A stretch of DNA of 63,707 nt, the filler included, from Hyphochytrium catenoides (lineage: Eukaryota > Protista > Hyphochytriomycota), in assembly GCA_900088475.1 (NCBI GenBank). It is 7 parts of 7 records of this genome, joined end to end, with 100 filler letters (N's around TTAATTAATTAA, not from the genome) between each part and the next. Parts side by side here need not be neighbours in the genome. Positions count along the whole stretch, not along the records: positions 1 to 21,333 come from FLMG01002879.1; 6 more parts are not named here. One strand, 5' to 3'. Numbering within the stretch: position 1 is the first letter of the stretch; the number at the start of each line of letters is the position of its first letter. The translations under genes were made by a program, and so were the position numbers. The notes below the pieces were generated by a model. It made no database searches. It was not told the origin of the DNA and saw nothing but the letters and a program-made list of their open reading frames with translations. Below are positions 1 to 10,297 of the stretch, piece after piece.

Positions 1-890
1 GTGGTGTTCAGCTTGCTTGGAACATCAATCAACCACATTGGGCTGGCGACCACCATCTTCATCCTACTTGGCGTCCCTTCTTCCAATCCTCTCCTCTTCC
101 GCCTCTTCCGTCTCTTCCGGTTCCGCGGTCGACGTCGGACCTGGAGGCAAGAACGGTTATCCTGCTAGTTCATGCTCTCAAGCAACTCCAGGCTGCTTTC
201 CTTGTTGTTGCGGTTGACAGCCTGCAGTAGGGAGAACTTACTTTTTTTGTCGAGGATGAGAGAGGAAGGGCAAAGACTGACCGTCGACTTTCAAAGCACT
301 TTCTTCTTCTTCCTCCTATCTTCTGTAGCTGTATTGGCCTATACTTTCTAGATGAGGTTTGCAGGGACAAGCACGAAAGAAGAAGGGCGAGAAGAAGAGA
401 AGAGCGCCATGGCTACTATTTCCAGAATAGGGATACAGATGGGTTCTCTATCGCTGGTGAGGATAGTGCCTGTGCCTTTGAGCGGCGAGAAGCCACGAAC
501 GAAGTGATAGAGAAGGCTTTACTAGTTCTCTTGTTGCCGAGGGTTCTGCTGCTCTTTGAAGCTCGACAATTTCGCAATCAGCGCTTCATCTTGTTGATAG
601 ATCAAATCCTACACTGTTTTGGCTTAGGCTCTTCCTCTTACCTCCTCCTCCCGCTCTCCGCTCCTCGTAGGAGCCACAGTCGTCGCGTCACCAACCACTG
701 AAGGTCCGTAGGTGCCGACTTCCGGCTTCTCAATCTCAAGCAGAGTTTACCGCCACGTCACGGGAAGAGCACACCGGCCAGAAAGAGTTCAGACCCGACG
801 AGGGTGGGAAAAGGCAAGGCACGGAGTGGATGGAAGTAACAGAAATACTAAGGAGGAGCCGACTCTAGGAGAGGAGAACTGCAGGTCAAG

Positions 891-2919
891 ATGCATTTGG
901 GCTCGCCTGTCGCCGAAGCCCTCGGCAAGACAATGTGGTTCTTGCATGTGGTCATGACGGCTGGCATCGTCGTGATTTTCTTCAGAAGGAGGCATCTCTA
1001 TCCAATGACCGTCATGCCCATCTGGTGGCTTATTTTAGGCCATATTAGCACTCCATGGGGCGCCTTCATCTACCTCTCAGGCTTCTTCCACACGCCCTGC
1101 AACTCCTTAATGATCTTCCTCATCTACACTGGAGGATATTTTCCTGCTGTCCCAACACTCTTCGTGCAGTGCTTCATGCTCTACTATAACCACCGCCATC
1201 AGCATCAGCAAATAGCTCAGCGAAGACAGAGCAAGGATAAGACGGACAATGGTGGCTCATCAACAGGAACAGTAGTACAAGAAAGGAAGGACAGCCAACA
1301 ACTTCATCAACCCTGCCCAGCTGTCGGTCCCCTCGCAAGACTAGCGAAGTTGGTCTCTGGCCTCACCTTCCAGCAGAGGCGGGAGCTCTACGCTTCCATG
1401 GTATTTCTGGCTGGGATGATTATAACGCTTCCCTATGGAGGATTGGTCGTCAAGACATTCCATCAAGCATTGAGGGCTGACGAGCCGCACCCTGAGCTTC
1501 TGTTTGACTTACGAACCTGCAGGCTACAAGCTACCAATGTGGTGAGCTGCTCTTCTCCCTCCCTATAAGTCTTCCTCTCTTATGCTCGAGCCTCTCCGTT
1601 CGAAAGAATGCTGCCCTGTCCTGTTGTTCAGCCCTCGTTCAGTGATAGATTTTACGTGATGGTGGTGGTTGCGAGGCCTTCTTATCCCTCCAGATCCTCT
1701 TGAAAAAGGGTTAATCTTGTAACTAACTCTCTCCTCTCGCCCACCTATCAGCTGCTCGTGAACCACGCGACTATCTTCTTCATCGTTCTCATCATGATGG
1801 GCACCTACTGGAAGCTACGTAGCGTAAACGAAGCGTTTAGCATGAAGAAGCAGTTAATGCGCCTTGCTCTCTATACATTAGGGGTGGTCCTGCCAGTACA
1901 GGTCATAAAGGCGCTGCTCGGTGTTCATGGGCCGTTTTGGTTGTCATTTGCCTTCTACTTTACCTCAGCGTCTCTATACCTCGTCTACGAGGTCACTTGT
2001 GGCATTATTCCCATCATCATGTCCTACAAGGAGGAGAGAAGGAAGCTCGGAGAGCAAATAAGCTGGCGGAAGAACGATGGAGGTGGTCCCAGGAGCGCGC
2101 CAGTGACATCTTGCTATGAGCTGCGATACATTTTGATGCGGAACAATGTGGACGTGATGGAAGGCTTTCAGGAATATCTAGTCAAGGAGTTCTGTGTAAG
2201 TTGAGAGAAGAAGGATATTTATCCTTTGTCTTATTCCACTCTTTCTCACCTGCTAGTCTTCTGTTGCCCTCCTTCTGTTGAGCAACCTTGTCTTCTCCGG
2301 ACGCTTGCATAAAATACTGACGTCGAGGGCTAGTACCTCTGTTCTAGTTTGCTGTCGTTCCGGATCTTTACCATCAACCGAGTTGTGTCTGTTTCCATTG
2401 TCGTTGCCGAAACGTTTGTCGTTGATCGAGCACCCTNNNNNNNNNNNNNNNNNNNNNNNNNNNNNNNNNNNNNNNNNNNNNNNNNNNNNNNNNCTCTCTC
2501 CTCAGGTGGAGAATATTCTCTTCTTCAGAGCAATTATATCGTTCCGTGGTATCTCCAGTCCATCCGACCTGTTATCCGCCGCACACTCTATCGCCAGGCG
2601 CTTCATACTCTCAGGCACCTCCACCGAGATAAACATCAGCGATTCTCTGAGAAGGAAGACCCTGAACAGGCTAGAGACGGCGACCGAGAGCACAATGAGT
2701 AGAGATTTTTTTGAGGCAGTGGAGGGAGAGGTGCTGACAATGATGGTGGATCCCTTCAACCGATTTCTTGCGCGAAGTCACATTTATGTGCCTCCTGAAG
2801 CTTACCAGCCATTTCTTGCACCGACTCCACCGTCTCCGTCCGCGGCCACGGCTGTTCCCACCCTATCCCTTCCTCTATATGTCCGTCCTTCTTCTGCAGC
2901 CACCGCAGGACAGCAATAG
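891..2919 (+). CDS. 7TM-RGS protein (seven-transmembrane regulator of G-protein signalling, AtRGS1-like architecture), copy A
   Basis: Exons 891-1541, 1752-2195 and 2506-2919 joined by phase-0 GT..AG introns (gtgagc..tatcag; gtaagt..ctcag), giving about 502 aa. Seven hydrophobic segments are followed by the RGS box FQEYLVKEFC|VENILFF...RFILSGTSTEINIS...FEAVEGEVLTMMVDPFNRFL. Intron 2 contains an N gap. Confidence 0.87.
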
Positions 2920-4803
2920 CAGAAATAGAGCTTTCAAGCCTTGGAACTTCGGTCGCAGCAAAAGCAACCAGACCGTCGTAGTCGTCAAGCTGCCCGGCGC
3001 TGCTATTTATATGAAGCCCAGATCCTAGTGGCTGCAGCAGTATTAGTGAATAGTGCAAAGCTCTAGGAGGACAAGAATAGCAGTATGATTTTGTGATGGG
3101 TCTGGTGATCCCCTCGCTACCTCTGCCTGGGGCTGCCTTGTGAGTTCCTGCACCGACTGTCTGCTGGGAGTTCAACTTCCATGATGACAAGCCTGCAGCA
3201 GTAGAAGAAGATGCGACGGAGGATGCCCGAAGGCGAATGACCTGCTGGAAGAAGGCGCGAAGAAGAAGAAGTTGCGGCGCGGACGAGGAGGAGGGTATGG
3301 CCCAGGGTCAGCAGGCAGGACCTGCGGCGGCGATGGCCCAGGCTCTGCTTGCAGCACCATCATCCAACAAGCAAGCAGCAGCACGGCAGGTCGTCGTTCG
3401 GAACTGAAGAAGATAATATGTTGTTAAACTAGGAAGTCTATTGGTAGATTCCACAGCTGGACTGCCTTTCGGGTCAATCCTAGGTTTTGGTTACGAGTAG
3501 TCCAATCAAAGTTACTGCCCCTTGTTGGCTATACCTATCAACACAAAGCTGACTGCCAACTACAAATTCGGTGGGTCCGAAAATAGCATTATTTGTTACT
3601 CGAAAGCCCCCCAAAAAGTTTCAGAGGCTGGCTGACGGTTACACTCCAGTCCCCAGGATGTAACACCTTTGTTCGCCTGTCTCTTCGGGTCTTTCTCTTC
3701 ACTGCTGGCTCTCTCTCTCTCTCCCTCTCTCTCTCTCTCTCTCCCCCTCGTGTCTCTGTCTCTAACTCTCCTCTCTCTCCCCATCACTCACTCTGTCTCC
3801 CCTTTGTCGCTGTCCCTCTTCTTTCTCTCTGTCTTTCCTCCTCGCTCCTCTTTCTCACCTTGGTACTGTACTACTAATGACTGTCTTTGCTCCCTCCTCC
3901 TGCCTTCTGCTCTCTACATTGATCCCACCGTGTACATCATTCGCTCTCGTCCTTCCTTCCTTTCTCCCCTTCCTTGTGCGACAAGTGCTTGGACAAAAGA
4001 AGTAGTTTGGTCCCATCTTCCCATCTCTTCCTCTCTCTCTCTCCGAGTTCCTCTTGTTCCTCTTCCTCCTCTTGCAACGCACCCCGCTGTCGCAGTTTCT
4101 TGATAAGGGCAGGGAGAGTTCAGCAAAGGGATTCGTGCAACTTAGCACCGCATTGTCAACAGAAGACAGCCTGTTCTGTCGCTTCCTCTGCAGCAACTGA
4201 TTGTGTTCCTTAAGGAACAGGCAGTCTTGAGACCTTACTTGGAGCTGCAGCAGACGAAGTGGAGGCAGACGATACGGAGCTGATGATGGGCCAGCAATGA
4301 CAATGGGGACCCAGCCTTAGGGCGCCTTGTTCTTGCTCCCGTTGAGACCATCACCTTCCATCCACGGTCAGGGCTCGAGAGAGCATTAATGGTTTCCTCG
4401 CGGCGGAGATGCTCTTGATCCTCTCCTTTAGCCACGGAGCAGTAGTTGCTTGCCAGTCCCAATAAAAAGGCGAGCTTCTAACACGTTGACTTTGGCTATC
4501 TGACGTCTCAAAAAAATTTCCATCCCTCTCCTTGCATGCCGCTTGGCGGCAAGAGAAAACATTCTCGAGTTACCGAGTAGTCCGTGATAGGGTGGAGTTC
4601 ACACCGGTGCCCTCTGCAGCAGAGGTTGTTGGTCACATAGCAGCAGCACATTCTCTAACAGGCCACATATCGTTCGCGACCCTAGTTGGATGGGACGCTG
4701 AGGGGGCGGCATTCGTCAGCGAAGAGAGGAGACGAAGAAGGCAAGCGACGCGAAGCCACGAGAGCAAAGAGGCGGCTTAGAGCCAAAGACAGCAGACAGT
4801 ATA

Positions 4804-6890
4804 ATGCATCTTGGATCACCTGTCGCCGAAGTTTTAAGCAAGGTCATGATGTCCTTGCATGTGGTCATGACAGCTTTTATCGTCGTGACTTTCTTCAGAA
4901 GGAGGCACCTCTATCCAATGACCGTCATGCCCATCTGGTGGCTTATTTTGCCCCATATTAGCACTCCATGGGGTGCCTTCATCTACCTCTCAGGCTTCTT
5001 CCACACGCCCTGCAACTCCTTAATTCCTTATCTACACTGGGGGATACTTTCCTGCTGCTCCATCAGTCTTCGTGCAGTGCTTCATGCTCTACTATAACCA
5101 CTGCCATCAGCATCAGCAAATAGCGCAGCGAGAAAGACAGAGCAAGAACTGTGGGTTACAGCTGGCAACGGCACAGGAAAGAAAAGGCAGCCAGTCGTCA
5201 ACAACGGATCATGCTGTCGGTCCTTTGGCCACAGTGAAGAAGCGGTTCGCTAGTCTTACATTCCAGCAGAAGCGCGAACTCTACGCTAGTTTGGTCTTCA
5301 TTGCTGGCATGGCTATTACTCTCCCTTATGGAGGTCTTGTCGTCCAGACCTACCATCAGGCCCTGAGACCTGAAGAGCCCCATCCGGAACTTCTCTTTGA
5401 CTTGCAGGCTTGCCGACTTCAAGCTACGAATGTGGTGAGGAGAGTTCTTCTTCCTGCCTCCAATCTAGTATTCTTGATCACGTTCTGGAGCCCGATTCCT
5501 TTGAAGAGATGGCGCTTACTTTATCTGTTTCCTTCTTTGATGAGGCAGCAGCCTCTCATCATCACTCAGTGCCCGATTGATTCTCACCGCCAGCATTGCA
5601 AGCTATGTCACTTCCTTGAATGTTCCTCGTCTCACCCTGCCTTTCTTCCCTCCTGGCAACCTACCAGCTGCTTGTGAACCACGCGACTATCTTGCTCATT
5701 ATCTTGATCATGCTGGGAACGTACTGGAAGCTTCGCAGTGTACAAGAAGCGTTTAGCATGAAGAAGCAGTTCATGCGCCTTGCTCTCTACATGCTGGTGG
5801 TATCCCTGCCAGTACAGGTCATAAAGGCGCTGCTCGGTGTTCATGGCCCTCGGTGGTTGGCATTCGCCTTCTACTTTACCTCAGCGTCTCTGTACCTCGT
5901 CTACGAGGTCACTTGTGACATCATCCCCATCATCATGTCCTACAAGGAGGAGAGAAGGAAGCTCGGAGAGCAAATAAGCCGGCGAAAGAACGATGGAGGT
6001 GGTCCCAGGAGCGCGCCAGTGAAGTCCTGCTATGAGCTGCGATGGATTTTGATGCGGAACAATGTGGACCTGATGGAAGGCTTTCAGGGATATCTAGTCA
6101 AGGAGTTCTGTGTAAGGTGTCCGAGGGATACGGTTCTCTTTTTTCTTGCCGTCCCTTTGGCTATTAGGTCAATACGCTCTCAGAATCTACGGTTCTCTTC
6201 TTTCTTGCCGTCCCTTTGACTATTAGGTCAATACGCTCTCAGAATCTCGTTTGCTCCAGTTTGCTTATGAATGCGGCTGCTATCGTTGTCTCTCGGCTTT
6301 GTCCTGTTCTTCTGCTGGTAGCAGCAGTGTAAAGAGGACTTCCTCAATTGCTCCTCCTCGCACTTCCTGCTACTCATTGGACAAGAGGGCTGGTCCTCGA
6401 ACTCCTTGTTAACTGTACCGCCCTGATGATGATGCAGTTTGACTTAACACCGTCATGGTTGGTTGCTTGACCATGCCTTTTTGCCTTTTATCTTATTCAG
6501 GTCGAGAACATTCTGTTCTTTCGAGCTATCATAGCCTTCCGTGGTATCTCCCATCCGTCGGAGAGGTTATCCACCGCACAATCTATCGCGAAGCGCTTCA
6601 AACTCGCTGGCACCTCCACGGAGGTAAACATTAGCGATTCCTTGAGAAGGACGACCCTGAAGAGGCTGGAGACGGTTAGTGAGAGCACAATAAACGGAGA
6701 TTTCTTTGAGGCAGTGGAGGGAGAGGTGCTGACGATGATGGTGGATCCCTTCAATCGATTTCTTGCGCGAAGTCGCATCTTCGTGCCTCCTGAAGCTTAC
6801 CAGCCATTAACCTCATCGCCTGCGGTTTCGTCTCCTCGGTCTGTCGACCCCTGCACCTCTATCGCTTCCTATAAACCCCTCAAGTCCTAG
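4804..6890 (+). pseudogene. 7TM-RGS paralogue, copy B, frameshifted in exon 1
   Basis: Same exon structure as copy A (4804-5434, 5668-6111, 6501-6890). Alignment to A shows a 5-nt deletion (A tta atg atc ttc ctc; B tta a-- --- ttc ctt) at about 5023/5024, which truncates the frame at 5097. Confidence 0.78.
6130..6247 (+). repeat. 2 x 59-bp tandem duplication in intron 2 of RGS copy B
   Basis: acggttctct(t/c)tttcttgccgtccctttg(g/a)ctattaggtcaatacgctctcagaatct at 6130-6188 and 6189-6247, with 2 mismatches. Confidence 0.9.
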
Positions 6891-7948
6891 TGCTGAAGAA
6901 GGAATACAAAGGCTTTCAGGGGCTACACCGGGAATGGTCGGCCCTACCAGGAGCGGCAGCCGGTTAAGCCTTGGAACTCCCGTTGGAGGACTCAAAAGCC
7001 AAAGCGGTGTTGTCACGGTCAAGGTGTCCGCTACTATGCCAAGCCCCAGAAGTTCTCCAAGACAGGGATGACGGGTTATCCCGATCTCCTAATGGAGGAT
7101 AACTGCAGTGCTGAGAAGAGGCGAAAGAGGAGTACCACTGACGGCAGAAGATCTCTGTTTCTTTATTATTAGTCCCAGGACAAAGCAGTCTTCCCTATGA
7201 AGCTGTCCTACTACTTACGAACTGCGTCTGATATGTGAGCACCTTTGCTAGTCGTTCTTAAGGTCTCTACAAGATACTCATTCAGCAAGCTGACGAGAAC
7301 CGCCAAGCAGGTGTATGGGACACCGCGCTAGGGGCAGAAAGACAGCCTTCGCTATTACCTAAAGCACAGGACGGGCAGTGCTGGTGGCACTCGCACTATC
7401 AATGCGTGGCTCCGAGGAAGGAGACTTCTGTCTCTCTTTCCATTTATCGCTCTTTCTCCGTTGCATTCAAGAATAGCGCTATTCTCTCTCTCCTCCTCTC
7501 CGTTTCTCTCCCAATTCCTCAGGTAGCTTACCACTTGCTGACTAGATGCCTTAGACATTCGTCAATAAAAACCTCGCTCAAAGAAAGGGTTCTATTAGTT
7601 CTCGCGAAAGCCTTCTCTGCTTGTTTGTCGGTACGAAGGCCGGGGTAACCAAGGTGAAGACAAAGCTAAGCCGACCACCGGACAGACTTGCGCAGAAAAT
7701 GTGGGCAAAAACAGCGTCACCAAAGTAGTAGAGCTCGAAATAACACCCAGACCAAGATGCACCTGCTGTCACCACCACTACTACGCATTGCTTTTAGAAG
7801 TGTCCATCTCATAAAAGCCAAGTTGGAGACAGCGTTCTCTCCAAGGGTGATACATTGATTGTGATACTTAGAGCGCAGAAGAGCACCGTCACCTGTGTGA
7901 GGAAGATGATAACGCTTTCGAGGTCTGACTGTCAATAACGCTAATATC

Positions 7949-10297
7949 CTAAGCTTTGACCAACTCCTGCAAGGGGTACGTGGGAAGGATGTCCACAGGT
8001 ATCTTAGCATCTTTGATCCGCTGCAGAGCCCCCTCCAAAGCAGAGTCTTTGGGAATAGTCCCATACGTTTCCAGAAGAGTCTTGGCTGCTTCCTTGTCTC
8101 CAGTGGCCTGGGCGTGCAGAATTGTCCTACCGAGCTTCTCGACTCCCTCTTCCACCTTCTCAAAATTCACTTTGAACTTTCCACTTTCTTCTTCCACCTC
8201 AAAGGCCCCGGACTCTAGGAGGAAGTTAAAGATCAAGGCCTGACCCTTTCCATGCGCTTCCCGCACTCCAAACCGGATTGAGCGGAAACAGCCCGCTAGA
8301 AAAGTCACATACGCTGTTTGGTCAAGGGACGTTGGCAGGACGCCTTGGCGAATCAGATAATGTGTCGCCCAGAGACCCACAATATCCGCCTTTGCTTCCT
8401 CCAGAACGCTGTGGAGCTCTGCATGGCAAGCACGGACTGTGGTCTCCTTGCCGTTGACCTCTATGGTGTGAGGACCGATCCCATGTACCAACTCATGGCA
8501 GAGTGTGTGCGAGAAGAAAGCGTCAAAGGTGACGAGATGCTGTTGGCTCTCAGCCACTGATATCGGTGTCATGGGAAGAAGAATCTTTTCAAACTTTGCC
8601 TCTGAGGTATTCTTCATGAGAACCTGCGCGGTGCCCTTCTTCTTGACCACTTTCTCGTCGTTCGGAAGATTGAAAGCGAGAGTCTGAGGTCCGGCGCAGT
8701 CTCCTCCTGCGCAGACGACGGACATGACACGAATGGGAGCCGCAGAGCCAACATCAGCGTTCTTGAATCTCTCATCCATCGGGAGGTTGCTCTCTAGCTC
8801 TTGCAACTTAGATCCAATTGCCTTTAGCTTGGCCGTTTCTGCATCATCTCTGATTCCGATGTACACTTCGAAGGCAGCTTTAGCACCGAAAATGTCATCT
8901 TTGTAAGTCTCATAGGGTCCAATGGTGATGTCAATGGGCGAGTCTAGCTCTAGCCAGACGAAGTCGCTGGGCACGTAGTTGTTGTCGAGGAAAGCTTGGC
9001 TGCGCAGCTTCAGATACTCACGAAGCGACTCAGAGGTTGTATCTTTTGAGGCTTCAACGAGAAGCTCTGCTGCCTTTGCCAACCAGCGCTGATAGGCCCG
9101 GGAGTACGGAACTACCTTGAGCTCCCGCGTGGCATCGTCTCTCTCGATTGCGTGGAAGTATCCCTCTCCTGCCTCCTTGAGGTGAGAGTTCTAGAAGATG
9201 TTATAGTGCAATGGAGGGTCAACAAGAGAGAAAAGCGATTAGTTAGGTGCCTCCACCAGCCTTTGTTCGTAGAGAAAGGATAACAAAGGAGCGCGAGGGA
9301 TCTACCAAGAAAGACTATAAAGCGGAGCAAAGCTGTCTCGAAGGAGAGCAACCTCTGGCCTAGGGACCAGCGCTAAGAGACAAGAATGGCCAGCATGGGG
9401 AGAAAAGAGGTCGGTACTATTGGTTTTCATCACAATAATGACAGCGGATGAAGGCAAGCAGTGTCAAACCTGAGTTAACCACTCCTGGAACTCTTCCTTT
9501 TCCATGTCAGGCGGATAATAGTTCACTCCTGCAGGCTTGGAGGAAGGCACAGCAAGACGGTATTGCAAAACCCCGTCTGNNNNNNNNNNNNNNNNNNNNN
9601 NNNNNNNNNNNNNNNNNNNNATACAGCTGTGCATCTGATACTCGAAGATGTCATTGATTACATCTGCAGCTTCAATCAACTTGTAAAGGCACACTCGGTC
9701 ACCCACTTCGAGATGTGAGATGTCAGCGGTGAGATCTGCCGGCGCATAGTCTTCAGCCATTTGTAAGAGACGCTTCTCTTCCTCCTCAGTATTTGGTGCG
9801 TAGCGAGTCTTCAAGCTCTCAAGAATTCCTTTCTGGGACTCAGAGACGCTATAGTTTTCACCCAAAAGAGTGATGATGGCTTCCCAAGAGCAGGTACTTT
9901 GCCCGGGCAATGTCCAAGCGTACGAGGACGACAAAGTGAGTAAGAAATGGTCTTGATGCGCGTTAGGTTCCGACGATTTGGAAGGAATCTGTTCTGTTAG
10001 CAAGAACTCGAGAGCATTCCACGGCAAAGAAATGCCAAATGTTGCCTTAATGCCTTCAAGAGCCGTAGACAAGGAAGAATGGTTCCCGTCCACTCGAAGA
10101 CGGGATAGCGGGCACTTGATATTCCATGGCTCCTTCGACCCAGTCTTCGCGATCAAGAGTTCCTGAGGCTCCTCGCTAAGGATCCAGACATTAACATGCC
10201 TTACCCAATCTTCTGACGTTACGTCCAGAAGCTTTTTCTGTCCTTTTCGCTGACCTTCGCGGGTAAAGACCGGCAGCACCAGGGCTTCCTCTGCCAT
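7949..10297 (-). CDS. Nudix hydrolase 3-like / dipeptidyl peptidase III (peptidase M49) fusion protein
   Basis: Exon 10297-9470 (contains a 41-N gap), intron 9469-9191, exon 9190-7949. Collinear with plant NUDT3: YYPPDMEKEEF, IDITIGPYETY, AFNLPNDEKV, FFSHTLCHELVHGIGPH (HEXXH), LEEAKADIVGL, FRSIRFGVREAHGKGQ, PVDI. The N-terminal part has a Nudix-like fold (HVNVWI...ELLI). Confidence 0.93.

Noticed and set aside
1-700. Possible minus-strand exons (DLIYQQDEALIAKLSSFKEQQ; EPEETEEAEEER)
   Set aside because: No consistent spliced model or recognisable family could be built.
2908-2930. TAG/TAA read as Gln (CAG CAA TAG CAG AAA TAG after RGS-A; TAR-interrupted frame at 30605-30950)
   Set aside because: The NUDT3-like and FYV7-like genes end at TAG where homologues end, CFAP92-like ends at TAA, and no conserved exon contains an in-frame TAR.
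3593-4213. S/L-rich and R/E-rich ORFs (also 15339-16021, 18878-20082, 22443-22730, 23170-23730)
   Set aside because: Translations of CT/GA low-complexity tracts with no protein motifs.
7956-8906. Plus-strand ORFs over NUDT3 (and similar antisense ORFs over the RGS, OSCA and GT genes)
   Set aside because: Shadow ORFs antisense to well-supported coding exons.
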